Positions 46,438-61,249 of a stretch of DNA of 64,000 bases are shown here, one piece after another. The position numbers were made by a program, and so were the translations under genes. Positions within the stretch are counted from its first letter, which is position 1. Each line of letters starts with the position of its first letter. The DNA is from Paraspadella gotoi (Eukaryota > Animalia > Chaetognatha), in contig CM119268.1 of NCBI GenBank assembly GCA_051294375.1, positions 12,021,225 through 12,085,224 on the forward strand, given 5' to 3'. Under the pieces are notes generated by a model, which did no database searches, was not told where the DNA came from, and saw nothing but the letters and a program-made list of their open reading frames with translations.

Positions 46438-49400
46438 GTCATGAGGGACGGGCGGTTTTACTGGTTGGACGTTGGCCCGAGCTCGAAGTTTGTGAAAGGT
46501 TCAAATGCAATTGGGTAAATGGGTGACGGGAAAATGAGGAGGAGGAGGGAGGAGGAAGAGGAGGTGGATAGTCGGTCGGAGCGGTCATACATCAGAGAGA
46601 ATGCTCGGGATTTCAGTCAACCATAAACTTGCGGAGAGATTGTAAAAAATGTAGAAGGAGATAGGGAAGAAAATAAGATTAAAATAAAGACAAAGAAAAA
46701 GAGATAAAGAAAAATGATAAAAGATAAGAATGCATTTTTTTGAAACACGTTTAGAAATCAGTTTGGAAGTTTAGAAAGCTTAAACCTCTTTTTTTTAAAC
46801 TTTTTCCTCTCTATGTTGTCTTTGTCATTTTATTATTTATAGTCTTTTCGTTAAAGTGAACATTGGAGTCTGTTACAGCTATTTGTCTTTTCTTATTTCA
46901 TTTAATTCTATAATATTACCCGCATAATGTTTTAAAAAACCCATTTAATGGAAATTGTTAGCATCCGATCCCGCCTTCATTTCGTGACAGCGGCTCCCAA
47001 CCATTGCAGGCGCTTCGACGTGATCGCCGATGCACAGCAAACTCGTAAATCTGTTGAAAATTCAAAGCGCGAGAATTCGCTTCGCAGTTCGTTGGGATTT
47101 TATGTTGTGGGAAATATTTCATATGCGATTGTATTTCATTGTATCTGAAGTAGAAACGTCGCGTCGGCCCACTCTTTTATTCACAAAGCCATTTGAAAAA
47201 AGTTTTTATAGTTAGAAGTTAGTAGTACGTTTTCTCATTTAATTTTCATTTTTTTCATATTCAAAATTGGTACAAAAAGTTAACCATTGTTTAAAAAGAT
47301 AAGCTTTTTTTCCCCGACATTGGTTAAGATTAGATACGATTATTACGTAATATTTATAATATTTTCACCTAAACTAAAACATTTCGGTCACCCTTTTTTC
47401 GTTTTCATCCTCCTTGATATTCACATTCACAAATATTCACATTCACAACATTCATATTCACATATTCCTTCGATGGCGACCTTCGTCTTCNNNNNNNNNN
47501 NNNNNNNNNNNNNNNNNNNNNNNNNNNNNNNNNNNNNNNNNNNNNNNNNNNNNNNNNNNNNNNNNNNNNNNNNNNNNNNNNNNNNNNNNNNNNNNNNNNN
47601 NNNNNNNNNNNNNNNNNNNNNNNNNNNNNNNNNNNNNNNNNNNNNNNNGCACGCCTTCTGATCGAAGCCATCGATATTGGATCGCGCGGTCGAGGGTGGC
47701 AGCGTCGTCGTCGTCGTCGTCGTCGTCGTCTCTCCCCTGCGTCGCCTAACGAAGGCCGAATTCATTGGGTCTCCCTTCGTTTCTGGCTTTTGTTCATCAA
47801 TAAATTGGCACAAACTGGCAGAACCTCGGAAAATGTAGATCAATGCCGTCCCACCGTTCGCGCCCCCCTCTTTTGTCCGACAACCCCTTTGCCCAAAGGT
47901 CCGCGCCCTGCTTTCTCTCCCTCGTAACCCCTGCCCACTCTCCCTTCGCGCTCGCCAATGCGTCAACGTCCACCAATGAGATCTTTTGACGTTGCGGGCG
48001 CCCGATCGCGCGAATCGCGGTCGCGGCATCAGTGGACGAGGAATTCTGCGGAAACGCGGAGAAAATCTGACAAAACCATCACAATGCATTGCGGGGTGAA
48101 TTTGAGGGGGGGAAGCAGGACACGCCCATTATTCGTCAATGGACAATGTAGAGGGTGATGGGTGAGCTGGGAAGCGAGGGAGGGGGAGAGAGAGTGAGAG
48201 AGGGAGAGAAATCGCAATTGAGAAGCGCGACTGATTTTAGGTCAACGGAATGATTGGAAATGAAGAACTTACAATGGAGCCGAGATTGACTTTGGCGGAA
48301 TGAAATGAGCGGTGACGGATTTCATCGGATGGAGGGGATCGCAAATTAAATGCGACGCGAAAGATCGATTTTAGTATATATGCGTCGTTCAACGAGATTA
48401 GAAAACGGTTCAAAGAATAAAGATAGGCTTCTGTGGCATTCGACCTTTCATTTTCCTTTCTTTTCTTTCTTTTCCTATATTTCACCGAATCCTTACTTTT
48501 CCTCATCGACTTTAGCTTCCTCATCGAATACTTCCCACAAGCAAACGATCCGTTCAACGGTNNNNNNNNNNNNNNNNNNNNNNNNNNNNNNNNNNNNNNN
48601 NNNNNNNNNNNNNNNNNNNNNNNNNNNNNNNNNNNNNNNNNNNNNNNNNNNNNNNNNNNNNNNNNNNNNNNNNNNNNNNNNNNNNNNNNNNNNNNNNNNN
48701 NNNNNNNNNNNNNNNNNNNNNNNNNNNNNNNNNNNNNNNNNNNNNNNNNNNNNNNNNNNNNNNNNNNNNNNNNNNNNNNNNNNNNNNNNNNNNNNNNNNN
48801 NNNNNNNNNNNNNNNNNNNNNNNNNNNNNNNNNNNNNNNNNNNNNNNNNNNNNNNNNNNNNNNNNNNNNNNNNNNNNNNNNNNNNNNNNNNNCTCTTCTC
48901 TCCTCTCTCTCTCTCTCTCAACGCCGGCATATCTGGTTTTAAAAGCTAACAGGAAGAGCGTCTTAATTAGTATATATTCTCACTTCGGATATAAAGTTTT
49001 CCAAGAAAACCCTAAATGAAAATCAATTTATAGGGTTCCAAATGCCAAAAAGTACCCCCAAAAAAATATACATTATTGTAACCGCTTCGAGAGCGAGAAC
49101 GGAATCTCGATTCATTTGAGTCTCAAGTTTCCCCAACCGGATGTGCAGATCCGCCTTTTGTGACTCGGAAGGCAATTACCGAGTTGGTTTGTCGTCGTCG
49201 TTGTCGTCGTCGTCGTTGTTGTCGACAGTCGTCAGTCGGTCGTTTGCCACAACTGTTCCTACAATGAGACTAAAGTTGATTTTCACGGCGAATGTAACGA
49301 ATTTTAATGTCCCCATCTTTTTTTTTTTTTACTTTCTAATGCCTTCATGTCATTGCCAGACAATATGAGTCATAAAACTTAAAAATTGTAGCACACAAAC

Positions 49401-49679
49401 GAGTTAAAATTTTGAACATCAGGTTTTACTTAATAAAAGCAGGCGCTCGCTAGATTATCATGCCTCTCTTTATACATTTCTTGTTTGACCTCGCTGATTC
49501 CTAATTTTACATTTTCTTTTACCATACCGGTGTTTTCATCGTTCTCGCTCCCTTCCATCGACGCCCACAAGACTACTGATATTCCGTTCTCCCCACATTC
49601 CACGCCTTAAGGCCCCAATCACCTCCACCTCGAACGCGCCTTGAGAGGATCTCGTAAATAATTCATGACGTTGTCGCAA

Positions 49680-49717
<38 letters not shown>

Positions 49718-52435
49718 CATGGAAAAGGTATCGGCGAGCGTAAATCTGGGCTAAAAAAGACTATCCAGTAGCAAGAGTTAAAGAATGGTAATTAGAGAAG
49801 AAAAGATAAGTAACGATTTAATGAAATTGAAGGCAACGATACTTTAAGCTTCTTTACCAGAATATCATCTTACGGCAATTGAAAAAAAGTCATGCGGATG
49901 CAATTCGATTCGACAAATAAAAAAAGAAAAATCTTACGGATAGAATCGGTGGCAGACAATGGCTGTGAAGACGATGACGACGACGGCCACGACGACGAAA
50001 TCGTCGAGTCTCCACAACAACAACAACGACGGGCACCCTTTTGATTCTCGCGACACAATTTTGTTTTCATTTTGTTTCTCTCAAACGGAAGGAAAATCGT
50101 TTCCGCCTTCTTTTCATCCTTCGTTCCCTAATTTCCTGATATTTTATCCCCTTCCGTCCTCTTCGCTTCCTTTCATTCCCTTCTTTTATACAATCTTAAC
50201 TTTAGAACTAATATTACTTAATGTATACATAGTACAGCTTAGTCGCAAGCGTATTTCTATCGGAAACAAAATAGATTTAAAGATTGCTACGTCACCGAAA
50301 TCGACAGTCGTTGAATTCACTAGGGAAGGAATTAAAAAAGGTTTCGACTTCCGTTCGGTTTTTTGCCGGAAGTGAAGACAGATTGACCATAATTGTTTCG
50401 ACAATCTGTTGTCCGGCTAAAAAAAAAGGGAAGAATCTTAAAAATATTGCTTATGATTATTGAGTACGATCAAGCAACAAAATATAACATTCGCCCCCCC
50501 AAAAAAAAATTAATAACTCGAGCCGTTCAACTGGCATAATAAGCGGATTTCAAAATTGAACACTTTTTATAAGGCTTTTAAATTCTGCTCAAAAAATTGC
50601 CTTTTTTTGCCTGTCTATTTACTAAATCGATTGTTTTCAATGCTAACTTCTTGAATTAGTTCATTGAGGTTGTCAACTGAAGCTTGTTTAAATATTTATT
50701 AAGGTTATATAACAAATAGACAAAAATTTTTTTTTTAAATTAGTTTTTTTAAGAAGGATTGTCCGAGTATAGAGCTTGAAAAGTCAAATGAAAGTTAGTA
50801 CTCTACAAGTTTTTTAACAAATTTAACAAGAAATTGTTAAAAACAGAAAAAACGTTAAAATAACTCGCGATCTCCTCATCATTGGCTGAATGTTTTATAG
50901 TTTTTTAAAATTGTATCAAATAAAACCAAAAAAAATTTTAAGAATTTTGTATTAATAACCTTCATCTAACTTTTAAAGCTCTATCAGATCCATAAAAAAA
51001 TTGAAATTCAATACAAAAAGTTTTGTTAACTCTATTATAGTTAATAGAAATAATCTATTAATATGCCTTCCGTGCGCCTTGATTACATAAGTAATTTTTT
51101 AAAATTATTTGTATTTTCATATCTCTACAGTCACTTTAATCATTATTTATTGAGAAAACTTCTAGTTTCAACCTTTTCCGCCTACTCCATAATAAAGTCG
51201 TGAAATTGAGGAAGGCGAAAAAACTAAGGAGAATGAAAAGGAGGAGAAGAGGAGAGGAGGTTATGAGCGAGGAGCAAGAGAGGCGGAAATCTCGCCGTCC
51301 ACTGGGAAATCGCGTAGCATCATTTTTGAAGGTCAAGATAGGAAATGGCAAGGAATGTGATCGAAAGCGGGTGGCGGGCGCCATCGGGGGCAAGGGCGAT
51401 TTCGGGGGGTGCGCAGCGGCTTGATGGGGTTGCACAGCGAGTCCAGGGTCTTTGACGGATCGAAAGCTGAGAGTCGATCACGGCTGTTCAAACTTTGATA
51501 AACGTCGTGCGGGCAGGGCGGAATGAAAGATATGGAAGGGGCGTCCGAGGGCGTTTTCTGCGGCGCAGTCAACGGGTCCAACTAGGGTCACGAGACCAAA
51601 AAAAATCGAATTGGCAACTCGACAAGAATGGGTAAATATGAAAGCCTCGGAAAACCCCGGCGGGCTGAAAAAACAGAGAGAGCGAAAGGGCGATGGGGTT
51701 AGAGGGGAAAGGGGAGCGATAGAAAGAGTTTGTGGGGGGGAACAAGACTGGACCCTCGATGATTTTCGGTCCAGTTTCGTCGACCGAAAGGTCGAAATTG
51801 GGTCACAATGGAGGTCAGAATCGGGTCAAGGCTCCATCTCCGGACGGGTCACGAGCGGGTCAAAAGGGTCGCGATCCTTTGGAGGAGGAAAATTTTTTTT
51901 GGGGGGGGGAAGGTGAGAGGGAAAAGGGGGGAAGGTGGAATGGAGAGTGATTCCTATTTGTCACAGGAAGTCGACGAGATAAGATGGAAGATGACAGTGA
52001 TAAAGAGGAAAAAATGAGGACGATGACAACTCAGTACTTAAAAAACCGTTTTAAAAGTTAATAATAATATAATGGCAATTGATAGAATTTCCGAATGTCA
52101 CTTTAAAAGTAAACGAAGCTTCATCGAGTCCAACAAAGATACAGAAAAGTTCATAACGATCTTTATCGACGACGACGATATGAACGACGACGACGAAGTT
52201 TTAAACTTGCCCACCTGTAATCGATGTAATACAACGAAGGTATAGAAAAGTAAAAGTTGATTTAGACGACGTTAGAAAGGACGTCATCGAAGACGACGAA
52301 AACAACGACGACAACGACGACAGAGACGACGACCCCAGCGAATGAATTTATGATGAAACCGCGTCCCTTGTCTTTTGGGGCGAATGTGGTTTCCCAAGAC
52401 GAGAAAGACTTAAGGATCGACTGAGGGGGGAAAGG

Positions 52436-52627
52436 GGGAGGAAGGTAGGAGGAAAGGAGAAATGGGAGGAAGGTAAGGAGGTAAAGAGAGAATGGGAGGA
52501 AGGTAGGAGGAAAGGAAGAAATGGGAGGAAAGTAGGACGGAAAGCAAGAAAGGGGCGGAAAGGTAGGATACAGAGGAAAGAGGGAGGAAGGTAGGGGAAG
52601 AGGAGATTGGGAGGAAGGTAGAAAAGT
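52436..52627 (+). repeat. ~29-bp purine-rich minisatellite (GGGAGGAAGGTAGGAGGAAAGGAAGAAAT), ~7 copies
   Basis: Recurring GGGAGGAAGGTAG core. Confidence 0.75.
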
Positions 52628-52740
52628 GAAAAGAGGGGAAAAAAAAGATGGGGTAAGGAAGATGAAAGACTGGAGAGTCATTGAGATTGAGGGAGAGATT
52701 TGACGAGAAAGGGAATAAAGAGTGAAGTGAACGAGAGAGA

Positions 52741-52772
<32 letters not shown>

Positions 52773-53520
52773 GAGAGAGTGAGAGAGAGAGAGAGAGCAG
52801 ATAAATCGGTAATATAAAGTGAACCTGCTGATCAAAAAGAAGGTCGAATTAAGACCTTAAGATGAGTAAGGAATATCACACCCAGCCCCATTTCTACACC
52901 CGCCTACATCCTGCCGCCCCAAGCCCCTCCCTCACTCCCAGAAAGAAAAACAAAGATGAGGGGTGGTAAACATAACGTTTTACGTGAAGCTCGAGGAAAG
53001 GAGCGCGGTTCGATACCTTCGCATTGAATAAATGTACTAGGGATCTGCTCCGTTGAAGATTTCCTTTCGCTCCTTTGTTTTTTTTTCCTTTGTTTATTTC
53101 TTGGTTTTCTTTTTTTTTTTTATTTTGTTCTGTTTGACGTTTCCGTCTTAATGTTTTAGGTTTTTTTTATGCGCTTGTGCTTTTTTCGTCACGGATATTT
53201 TTTTTGGGTATCACGTGATCTTGTTTTAAGATCCTTTATCGATCGACGCGTTAGGGAATCGCCGATTCGTTGGCGGAGAAATTTCGAATAATTTCTATCT
53301 AAATCTACGATCTGTCATTTTTTTTTCCCGACGTTAATTAATGGACGGAGCTGTGCCTAACCTTTTTCGCTCGATGTATTCCGGTGATTTTTGGTTGGCC
53401 TATCTCTTAACCCTTGCAATTTGGCAGCTACGCTCACTTTTTATCTCGGGGTAATTTTCCCACTCATTTCACTTTTCTCTCTTTCTCTCTCTCTCTCTCA
53501 TCCTCTCTCTCTACTCTCTG

Positions 53521-53551
<31 letters not shown>

Positions 53552-53685
53552 ATCTCTTGCATACAAAAGAAAAAAATCAATTCTTCTCAAAAATCCTATG
53601 CGAACGAAAAAGTCCAGTTTTCTCTCAGTTCAAAGGTAAAGCGGGTAAAGGGGTCAAGACTCTCGCCAGATCGCTCTGCTCTCTT

Positions 53686-53721
<36 letters not shown>

Positions 53722-54703
53722 CTCTCTCGTCTCTCTTCTCTCTCTCTTTCTCTCTCTCCTCTCTCTGCTCTCTTCTTCTCTCACCGGTCGAAAAAAAAGT
53801 ACCCCGATGCGCTATGGACGAACAAAAAAACCCCGATTGTTACTCTCGAAACCATCTGCGGCATTGTGCGGAAAATGTAACCGCGCGCGGCAGAGGGCAG
53901 CCTGTCGCGGCAGTGATGTCCGAGGCAGTCGGAAGAAGGAAGAGGCGACATGGGTTCTGATTTGTCCGTCCAACTTTTTCGTCGTTGTCATCGTCGTCGG
54001 CTTTGTCGTGATCGAAAAAAGTACGAAGAGAATCGATCATCAAAAGTGAAGCCAAAAGTTGTACTTGTCCTCTGTTACGTATTTTCTCTTTTCTTTTATC
54101 AATTCCTCAATTATTATTTGGTCAAGAGGATAATTATAGTCGAAATTATAGTATATTATTTGTTTAAGGACGCGCATTGTCACCCGATTCAATTAGTAAA
54201 TCTCCAATCATATTCATACCGTCGAATCTACCAACCTTTCCCATCTCGCATCTTCCATCAAACGATGTCAAACGGACTTACCTTAACGTGACGAGAAAGG
54301 TAATGTAGGGGAAAAAGAAAAAAAAAGAGATAAAATTAATTAGACATTTGTAACGCATGATTCAAAGTCACTCTGTTTCTCCGCGTCCAATAGCGTTCTT
54401 TCGACTTTTGGTTCTCTCTCAAGTCGACTCCCTTTCTCACTCTCTCCCTCCCTTTTCTCTTTTCATTAACATCCAGAAGGCCTTGGCCGTGTTCTCTCTC
54501 TCTGTCTCTCTCTTTCTCTCTCATTCTCTCTCTTTTTCTCTCTCTCTGTTCCTTTCGCCCAGCGGAGGCGGCGATGTATTCGCGCGGGTTCCCTTGACAA
54601 CGCTTTCGCTTCTGGAATCCAAATCTGTCCCCTGGTCGTCCTTTTCATGCAATTAATTTCTCCCCTGGCCATTTTTTAAAAATCCACTTTCAAAGTCTTA
54701 CTT

Positions 54704-54740
<37 letters not shown>

Positions 54741-55416
54741 TTTTTCATTTAAATTAAAAAAGAGAAAAAAAATTTTTCCCGATTGGCTCTCGGCCGCCGT
54801 GAAGGCCGAGAGAGAAGCGAGGGGAGAAAGCCCAGAGGATTTTTTAGAAGCTTAATTATCAAATTCCATCAGAGAAAGAGAGAGGGAGATAGAGAGAGAG
54901 AGAGAGATGAAGACAGAAAAAAAGAATAAAGAGAGAGGTCATTAGTCTCGCAAAAGACTATGTGAAAGAGGGGCGGAAAAACGAAGAAAGGGAGAGAGAG
55001 CATTAAAGAGAGGCTAATTGCGACTATGATACGGGAATTAAACACTTCATTATCAACGCGCTGCGAGACGGCCCCGCGCTCTTTCACCTTCCATTCTCAA
55101 GGAGCCTTTCTACTTTTGTCTTCAGTTTTTTTGCTACATTTCTTCCACAGGGCGTCGCGCCTCAACTCTCAAAACCAATTTCGTTTTAGCAATTTAGATT
55201 TCTTTGTTGTAAAACTTAGTAGTTTTTGATTCACCATTTTTTTTCCTTACAAAGATCGAGGAGAGAAAACGGATAATGCTTAATAATAAGACGTTGTTAG
55301 TTCAGGAAATGTCAACCGACCCATAAACAGGGAAGGGGGTTTATATGAAGTTAGGGAAGGGAGGGAGAGAGAGAGAAGAAGGGAGGGAGGCGAGAGAGAG
55401 AGAGAGTGAGAGAGGA

Positions 55417-55447
<31 letters not shown>

Positions 55448-56648
55448 GGCGAGAGATATATTGGACAAACATCGACGGGAATGAGAAGCGGGAGAGAGGG
55501 TGGAGGGCGAAGAAGAGGAGGAAGATGAGGCGGCCTAAGAGAGACGGCATTATGGGCGATGGTCCACTGCCCTTCGCCGGGTTATGGTTCCATATTATTG
55601 TGAAAATGTAGAGCAATCGTTGAACCTCGCGGGATAAGCCTGTAGGACAAATCCCATAAGACGAGCCCGCAGGACAAGTAGCGCTCTTCCAAAAGGGGAA
55701 AATGTGACCATGAAAAGAATGATAGAGGGATAAACCTTCTCCGCCGACCTACCGCCCAACCACCTCGAACCCCCGTCTTTTCCACCGCAAGGTCGTCCGG
55801 AGCCGAAAAGGGCCGAGAATTACATTCCGTCGACCTCTCTTGCTTACGAACCTCTTTCCTCTTTATTTTCTCTCTCTCTCGACTTTTCTTACTTTAAATC
55901 GACGCCCTTCTTAATTTACCCCTTTTCCTAAGACAGTTTCTCTGATTTTGCTTTCCTTAATTGTTTTACTTCCTCCTATTTCCTTATCTTTATTTCTCTC
56001 TAATATTCTTCCTCCTTTTCTTCTCTCCCTTACCCCGTAAACCCTTCGCCGCAATCGAACGATGCCATGGGGTAACAATGTCCGAGAATGCTACGGCGCT
56101 CTCCCCCCCCCTTGCCCTACACAAGACAAGCTCACCATGGCCGAGGGCGAAGTTTTGTAACCAACGCGGAACTAATGTAGCTTCGCCTAATGTATGCAAG
56201 CTTGATGAGATTTTATGTCTTGGTTACGAGTGTTTGATTAAAATATTCTTTATTAAAGCAACTTTGAATATTATTTCTCGTCAAATCTATAAACCTAAAT
56301 ATTGGCATGTTTTAACCTTTCGAAATGTATCGCTTAAGGGAAGGCATATAACTTTTTGGTTTTATCATCTCTATTTTTATCCATCTTTTTTTGGTTTGAT
56401 GATTCCTGTTGGGTTTTCCTGTTCACCTAAAGATTTTGTTCCCTCTCATTATTTTTTCGTTTCTCCCTCTTCCCTCCCCTTTCCTTCTGAAAGTCTTGGG
56501 TGAGACCTAGAGCCAAAGTTCGAGGTTAATTCTTGTCCATTTCAGGAATTTCTTCTATCGTGAAATGGATAATCACGGCTTCGGGAGAGCAGAAGAGAGA
56601 GAGAGTGAGAGAGAGAGAGAGAGGAGAGAGACGAGCAAAGAGAGAGAC

Positions 56649-56683
<35 letters not shown>

Positions 56684-58074
56684 AAGAAGAGAGAGAGCGA
56701 TAGAGAGAAAGAGACGAAGGAATTGAGAAAGATGAAGCCAATTCCTTGACTCCTTTTTTTCACTTGAATAAGTCGGGTTCTTGGACTTTCTGAGATTTTC
56801 TTTAATCCAAGTCGCTATTGAGTAGGGATTATAACGTTACACAAATTCGAGCGATCAAGACAACCAACGAATGAACTAACGAATTATTTATTTAATAAAT
56901 GTAAAAAAAAATATCGGACATTCTTCGAAGTCGCAATGCCCAAACGTCATTATCATTCCGCGAACCCATAAACATGGAAAATGTACGACGCCAACGAGAG
57001 CGAGAGACGAAGAGCGAGAGAGAGGGAGAGAGAGAGGGTGAGAGTCTTGCATTATTCCAGGATTTAAAGAGGTCGTGGAATGAGGGCAGTCGCCGCCACC
57101 GCCTTCCCCGTCGCCGCCGACTTGATTGCTACATTAAATTGTTTATGAGGCCAAATCTGATCTCGGACGGACGCGCTCCCGAGCTTACGAATCTCTAGAG
57201 GTAAGGCTTACTTTGGGTTGGCTTGGGGTCGAGAGGGTAAGGGTTGGTGAGATTCAATCCGATGTCGGGAATTTAGCTTCGTCTTCCGTTGACTTCAACG
57301 AAGTCATTCTCTCGATAACTTGAGAGGCGCCACTTCGCTTAAAATTTTATCGATCTCCCCAAACGATCTTGGCTCCGGAGTTCATCAAAACGAAACAAAA
57401 ATCCATCTTAAACAACGACGACGACGACGACGACTAAAAAACCCTCGTTCCAACTTAACTCGGACCGTTAAAAAAATTTCCAGCGTCGACGGCGAGTTCG
57501 AGGCCCCGAAAAGCGACGTCGCCCGAGATTCCGCGCGGATCCGCGAGAGGGCGGAGAAGGAAGACGAGATTTCGAGGTCGCGCAATAAAAATCAATGGAA
57601 TCGCGGAACCAGAAAACAAAAGGGCACGGAGGGAGAAGGTTGGGGTATGATGAAGGGGAGTGGGGACGCCCGCGTTGCCTCACCTCGACCACGCGGGGGC
57701 GGCCTTAATCTCACCCTCCTGTTTCGACGTCGACCGTGACATCGCATTGCACTCCGCTCCCGTTTTGCGTTTCTTTTCCCGGGCGACCCGTTGTTAATGA
57801 TAAACGGTTGGACATTGTCGATACTATAACTACCTAATTATGGTAGTTTGATATTAAAATCAAGCTATTGATGATTTAGCTTCCTTTCACCGCCATAACT
57901 CAGCCACTCTGACTCTGCCACAACCGCCACTTATCTCACGCCATTCAATCCACCACCACCACCTACCACGCCACCATCTTTTACACTGACAAAAGTCGTA
58001 TCCTTCCGCGATGTAGGCCACTCGCTACACAGTCCAAGAGAGAAGAAGANNNNNNNNNNNNNNNNNNNNNNNNN

Positions 58075-59738
58075 ACCGCGCCAACCACCTCCAACCCCCG
58101 TCTTTTCCACCGCAAGGTCGTTCCGGAGCCGAAAAGGGCCGAAATTACATTCCGTCGACCCTCTCTTGCTTACGAACCTCTTTCCTCTTTATTTTCTCTC
58201 TCTCGACTTTTCTTACTTTAAATCAACGCCCTTCTAATTTTGCTACTCCTTTTCCTTAGACAGTTTCTCTGATTTTCTTCTCCTTAATTTTTTTTACTTT
58301 CTCCTATTTCCTTTCCTTTATTCTCTCTAATCTTCTTCCTCCTTTTCTTCTCCCCCTTACCCCGTAAACCCTTCGCCGCAATCGAACGCATGCCATGGCG
58401 TTAACAATGTCCAGAATGCTACGGCGCTCTCCCCCCCTTGCCCTACACAAGACAGCTCAACCATGTCGATGCGAGTTTGTTAACCACGCGGAACTAATGT
58501 GCTTTCGCCTAAGATGCAAGCTTGATGAGATTTTATGTCTTGGTTACGAGGTTTGATTAAAAATATTCTTTATTAAATTGGTACAACCAAGTAAAAATTA
58601 TCCATTCATTTAATAAAATAAGCTATCTTGTTCCCTGACTTTTGGACAGGCTTTGTGGTTTAAGGCCTCCATCCAACACTTACAAGATAATAACATCGCA
58701 GGTTTCTGCAAGCTTTCCAATCCGAGACTCTCTCACAGTCTTATTTATTCACTTCCAGTGAACCTGGCTTTCCTATTCAATGAAGTGGTATAATATTTTA
58801 AAAGAATTTTCAATTGTATTGAAAAGACCACTCCCTTTAAATTATTAGATCGGGAATACTTTATTGTACTCCGCCACTAGCATCAAAAACAAGAGCTGAT
58901 ATTTTATGAAATTGTACAACCAATTATAAAATTATCCATTTCATTTAATACAAATAAGCTATCTTGTCCTGACTTTGACGGCTTTGGTGTTTAAGGCCTC
59001 CATCACAACTTACAAGATAATACATAGCAGTTTCTGCAAGCTTTTCAATTCAAAGACTCTCTCACAGTCTTTATTTATTCACTCCCAGTGAACCTGGCTT
59101 CCTATCAATGAAGTGTATAATATTTTAAATGGAATGTTCAATGTATGAAAAGACCACTCTTAAGTATTAGATCGGGAATACTTATATTGTACTCCGCACT
59201 AGCATCAAAAATACAAGGAGCTGGAATTTATGAAAATTGTACAACAATATAAAAAGACCATTCATTTAATAAATAAAGTATCTTGTCCCTGACTTGGACA
59301 GGCTTGGTTTTTGAAGGCCTCCATCAACACTTACAAAGGATAATAACATAAGGCAGTTTTCTGCAAGCTTTCAATCAAGCTTTCAATTAAAGCAACTTTG
59401 AATATTATTTCGCGTCAAAATCTATTAAACCTAAATACTTGGCATGTTTAACCTTTCGAAATGTACTCGCTTAAGGAAGGCATATAAACTTTTGGTTTAT
59501 CATCTCTAATTTTTATCCATCTTTTTTTTGGTTTTGATGATTCCTGTTTGGTTTGTCCTGTTCACCTAAAGATTTTGTTCCCTCTCATTATTTTTTCGTT
59601 TCTCCCCTCTTCTCCTCCCTTTCCTTCTGAAAGTCTTGGGTTGAACCTAGAGCCAAAGTTCAGGTTAATTCTTGTCCATTTGCAGGAATTTCTTCTATCG
59701 TTGAAATGGATAATCACGTCGAAGCAGAAGATGAGAGT

Positions 59739-59777
<39 letters not shown>

Positions 59778-61249
59778 GAGCAAGAGAGAGAGAGAGAGAG
59801 AGAAGCAGAGAGAGAAGAAGAAGAGACGTAAGAGAAGAGAGAGAATGAGAAAGATTGAAGCCATTCCTGACTCCTTGTTTGTTCATTGAAAGTTCGGTTT
59901 CTTGGACTTTTCTGAGATTTCTTTAATCCAAAGTTCGCTATTGGAGTAGGGATTATAACGTTACTCAAATTCGAAGCGATCAAGACAACCCAACGAATGA
60001 ACTAAACGAATTATTTATTAATAAAGTGTTAAAAAAAAATATTACGGGACATTCTTCGAAGTCGCCAATGCCAAACGGTCAATTGATCATTCGCGCAACC
60101 CCATAAAATCATGAGAAAAGTTAGACGGCCAACGAGAGCGAGAGAGAAGACGAAGACGAGAGAGATGAGAGGGAGAGAGCGAGAAGGAGATGAGAGAGAG
60201 GATGAAGGGTGAGAGTCTTGCATTATTCCAGGATTAAAGAGTCGTGGAATGAGGGCAGTCGCCGGCACCGCCTTCCCCGTCGCCTCCGACATTGATTGCC
60301 TACGATTAAATTGGTTTATGAGGCCAAATCTGATTCTCGGACGACGCGCTCCGAGCTTCGAATCTCTAGAGGTTAAGCTACTTGGCGTTTGGCGTGGGTC
60401 GATGAGGGTAAGGGTTGGGTGAGATTCAATCCTGATGTCGGAAGAATTTTAGCTTTCGTCTTCCGTTGACTTTCAACAAGTCAATTCTCTCGATACTTGA
60501 GAGGCTGTCACTCGCTTTAAAATTTATCGATCTTCCCCAAACGATCTTGTCTCTCGTGTAGTTTTCATCAAAACCGAAACGAATAATCCATCTTAAACAA
60601 CCGACGACGGACGAACCTGACGACTAAAAAAAACCGCTCGTTCCAACTTAACTCGGCGACCGTTAAGAAAAAATTCCAGCGTCGACGGCGAGTTTCGAGG
60701 CCGCCCGAAAAAGCGGACGTCGCCCGAGATTCCGCGCGATCGCGACGAGGCGTAGAAGGAAGACAGATTTCGAGTCGCGCAATAAAAATCAATGGAATCG
60801 CGCGGAATCCAGAGAAAACAAAAGGGCACGGAGGGAGAAGGTTGGGGTATGATGAAGGGGAGTGGGGACGCTCGCGTTGCCTCACCTTCGACCAACGCGG
60901 GGGCCGGCCTTAAATCTACCCTCCTGTTTCGCACGTCGGCCGTGACATCGCATTTACACTCCGCTCCCGTTTTGCGTTTCTTTCTCGTGCGCCCGTTGTA
61001 AATGATAACGTTGACATTGTCCGATACTTATAACTACTAATTATGGTAGTTTGAGATATAAAATCAAGCTATTGATTGATTTAGCTCCTTCACCGCATAA
61101 CTCGCCCACTCTGACTCTGCCACAACGCGCCAACTTATCCACGCATTCAATCCACCACCCACACCTACACGCCACCATCTTTTACCTGACAAAAGTCGTA
61201 TCCTTCGCGATGTAGGCCACGTCGCTACACAGTCCAAGAGAGAAGAAGA
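58075..61249 (+). repeat. Tandem duplicate of 55751-58049 (indel-rich copy carrying an extra insertion)
   Basis: Begins after a 25-N gap with ACCGCGCCAACCACCTC, matching 55751; ends AGTCCAAGAGAGAAGAAGA, matching 58031-58049. Confidence 0.92.
58578..59391 (+). repeat. Inserted array of ~330-bp tandem units (~2.5 copies)
   Basis: Units start with AAATTGTACAAC-like sequence at ~58575, ~58909 and ~59234; absent from the homologous site at 56252-56257. Confidence 0.88.

Noticed and set aside
51333-51581. 82-aa minus-strand ORF after an AG
   Set aside because: No domain similarity or partner exons found; cannot be supported from sequence alone.
57745-57756. CATTGCACTCCG, the U1 loop II (U1A site) sequence
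   Set aside because: Only a 2-bp stem, no other U1 features, and altered in the duplicate copy.
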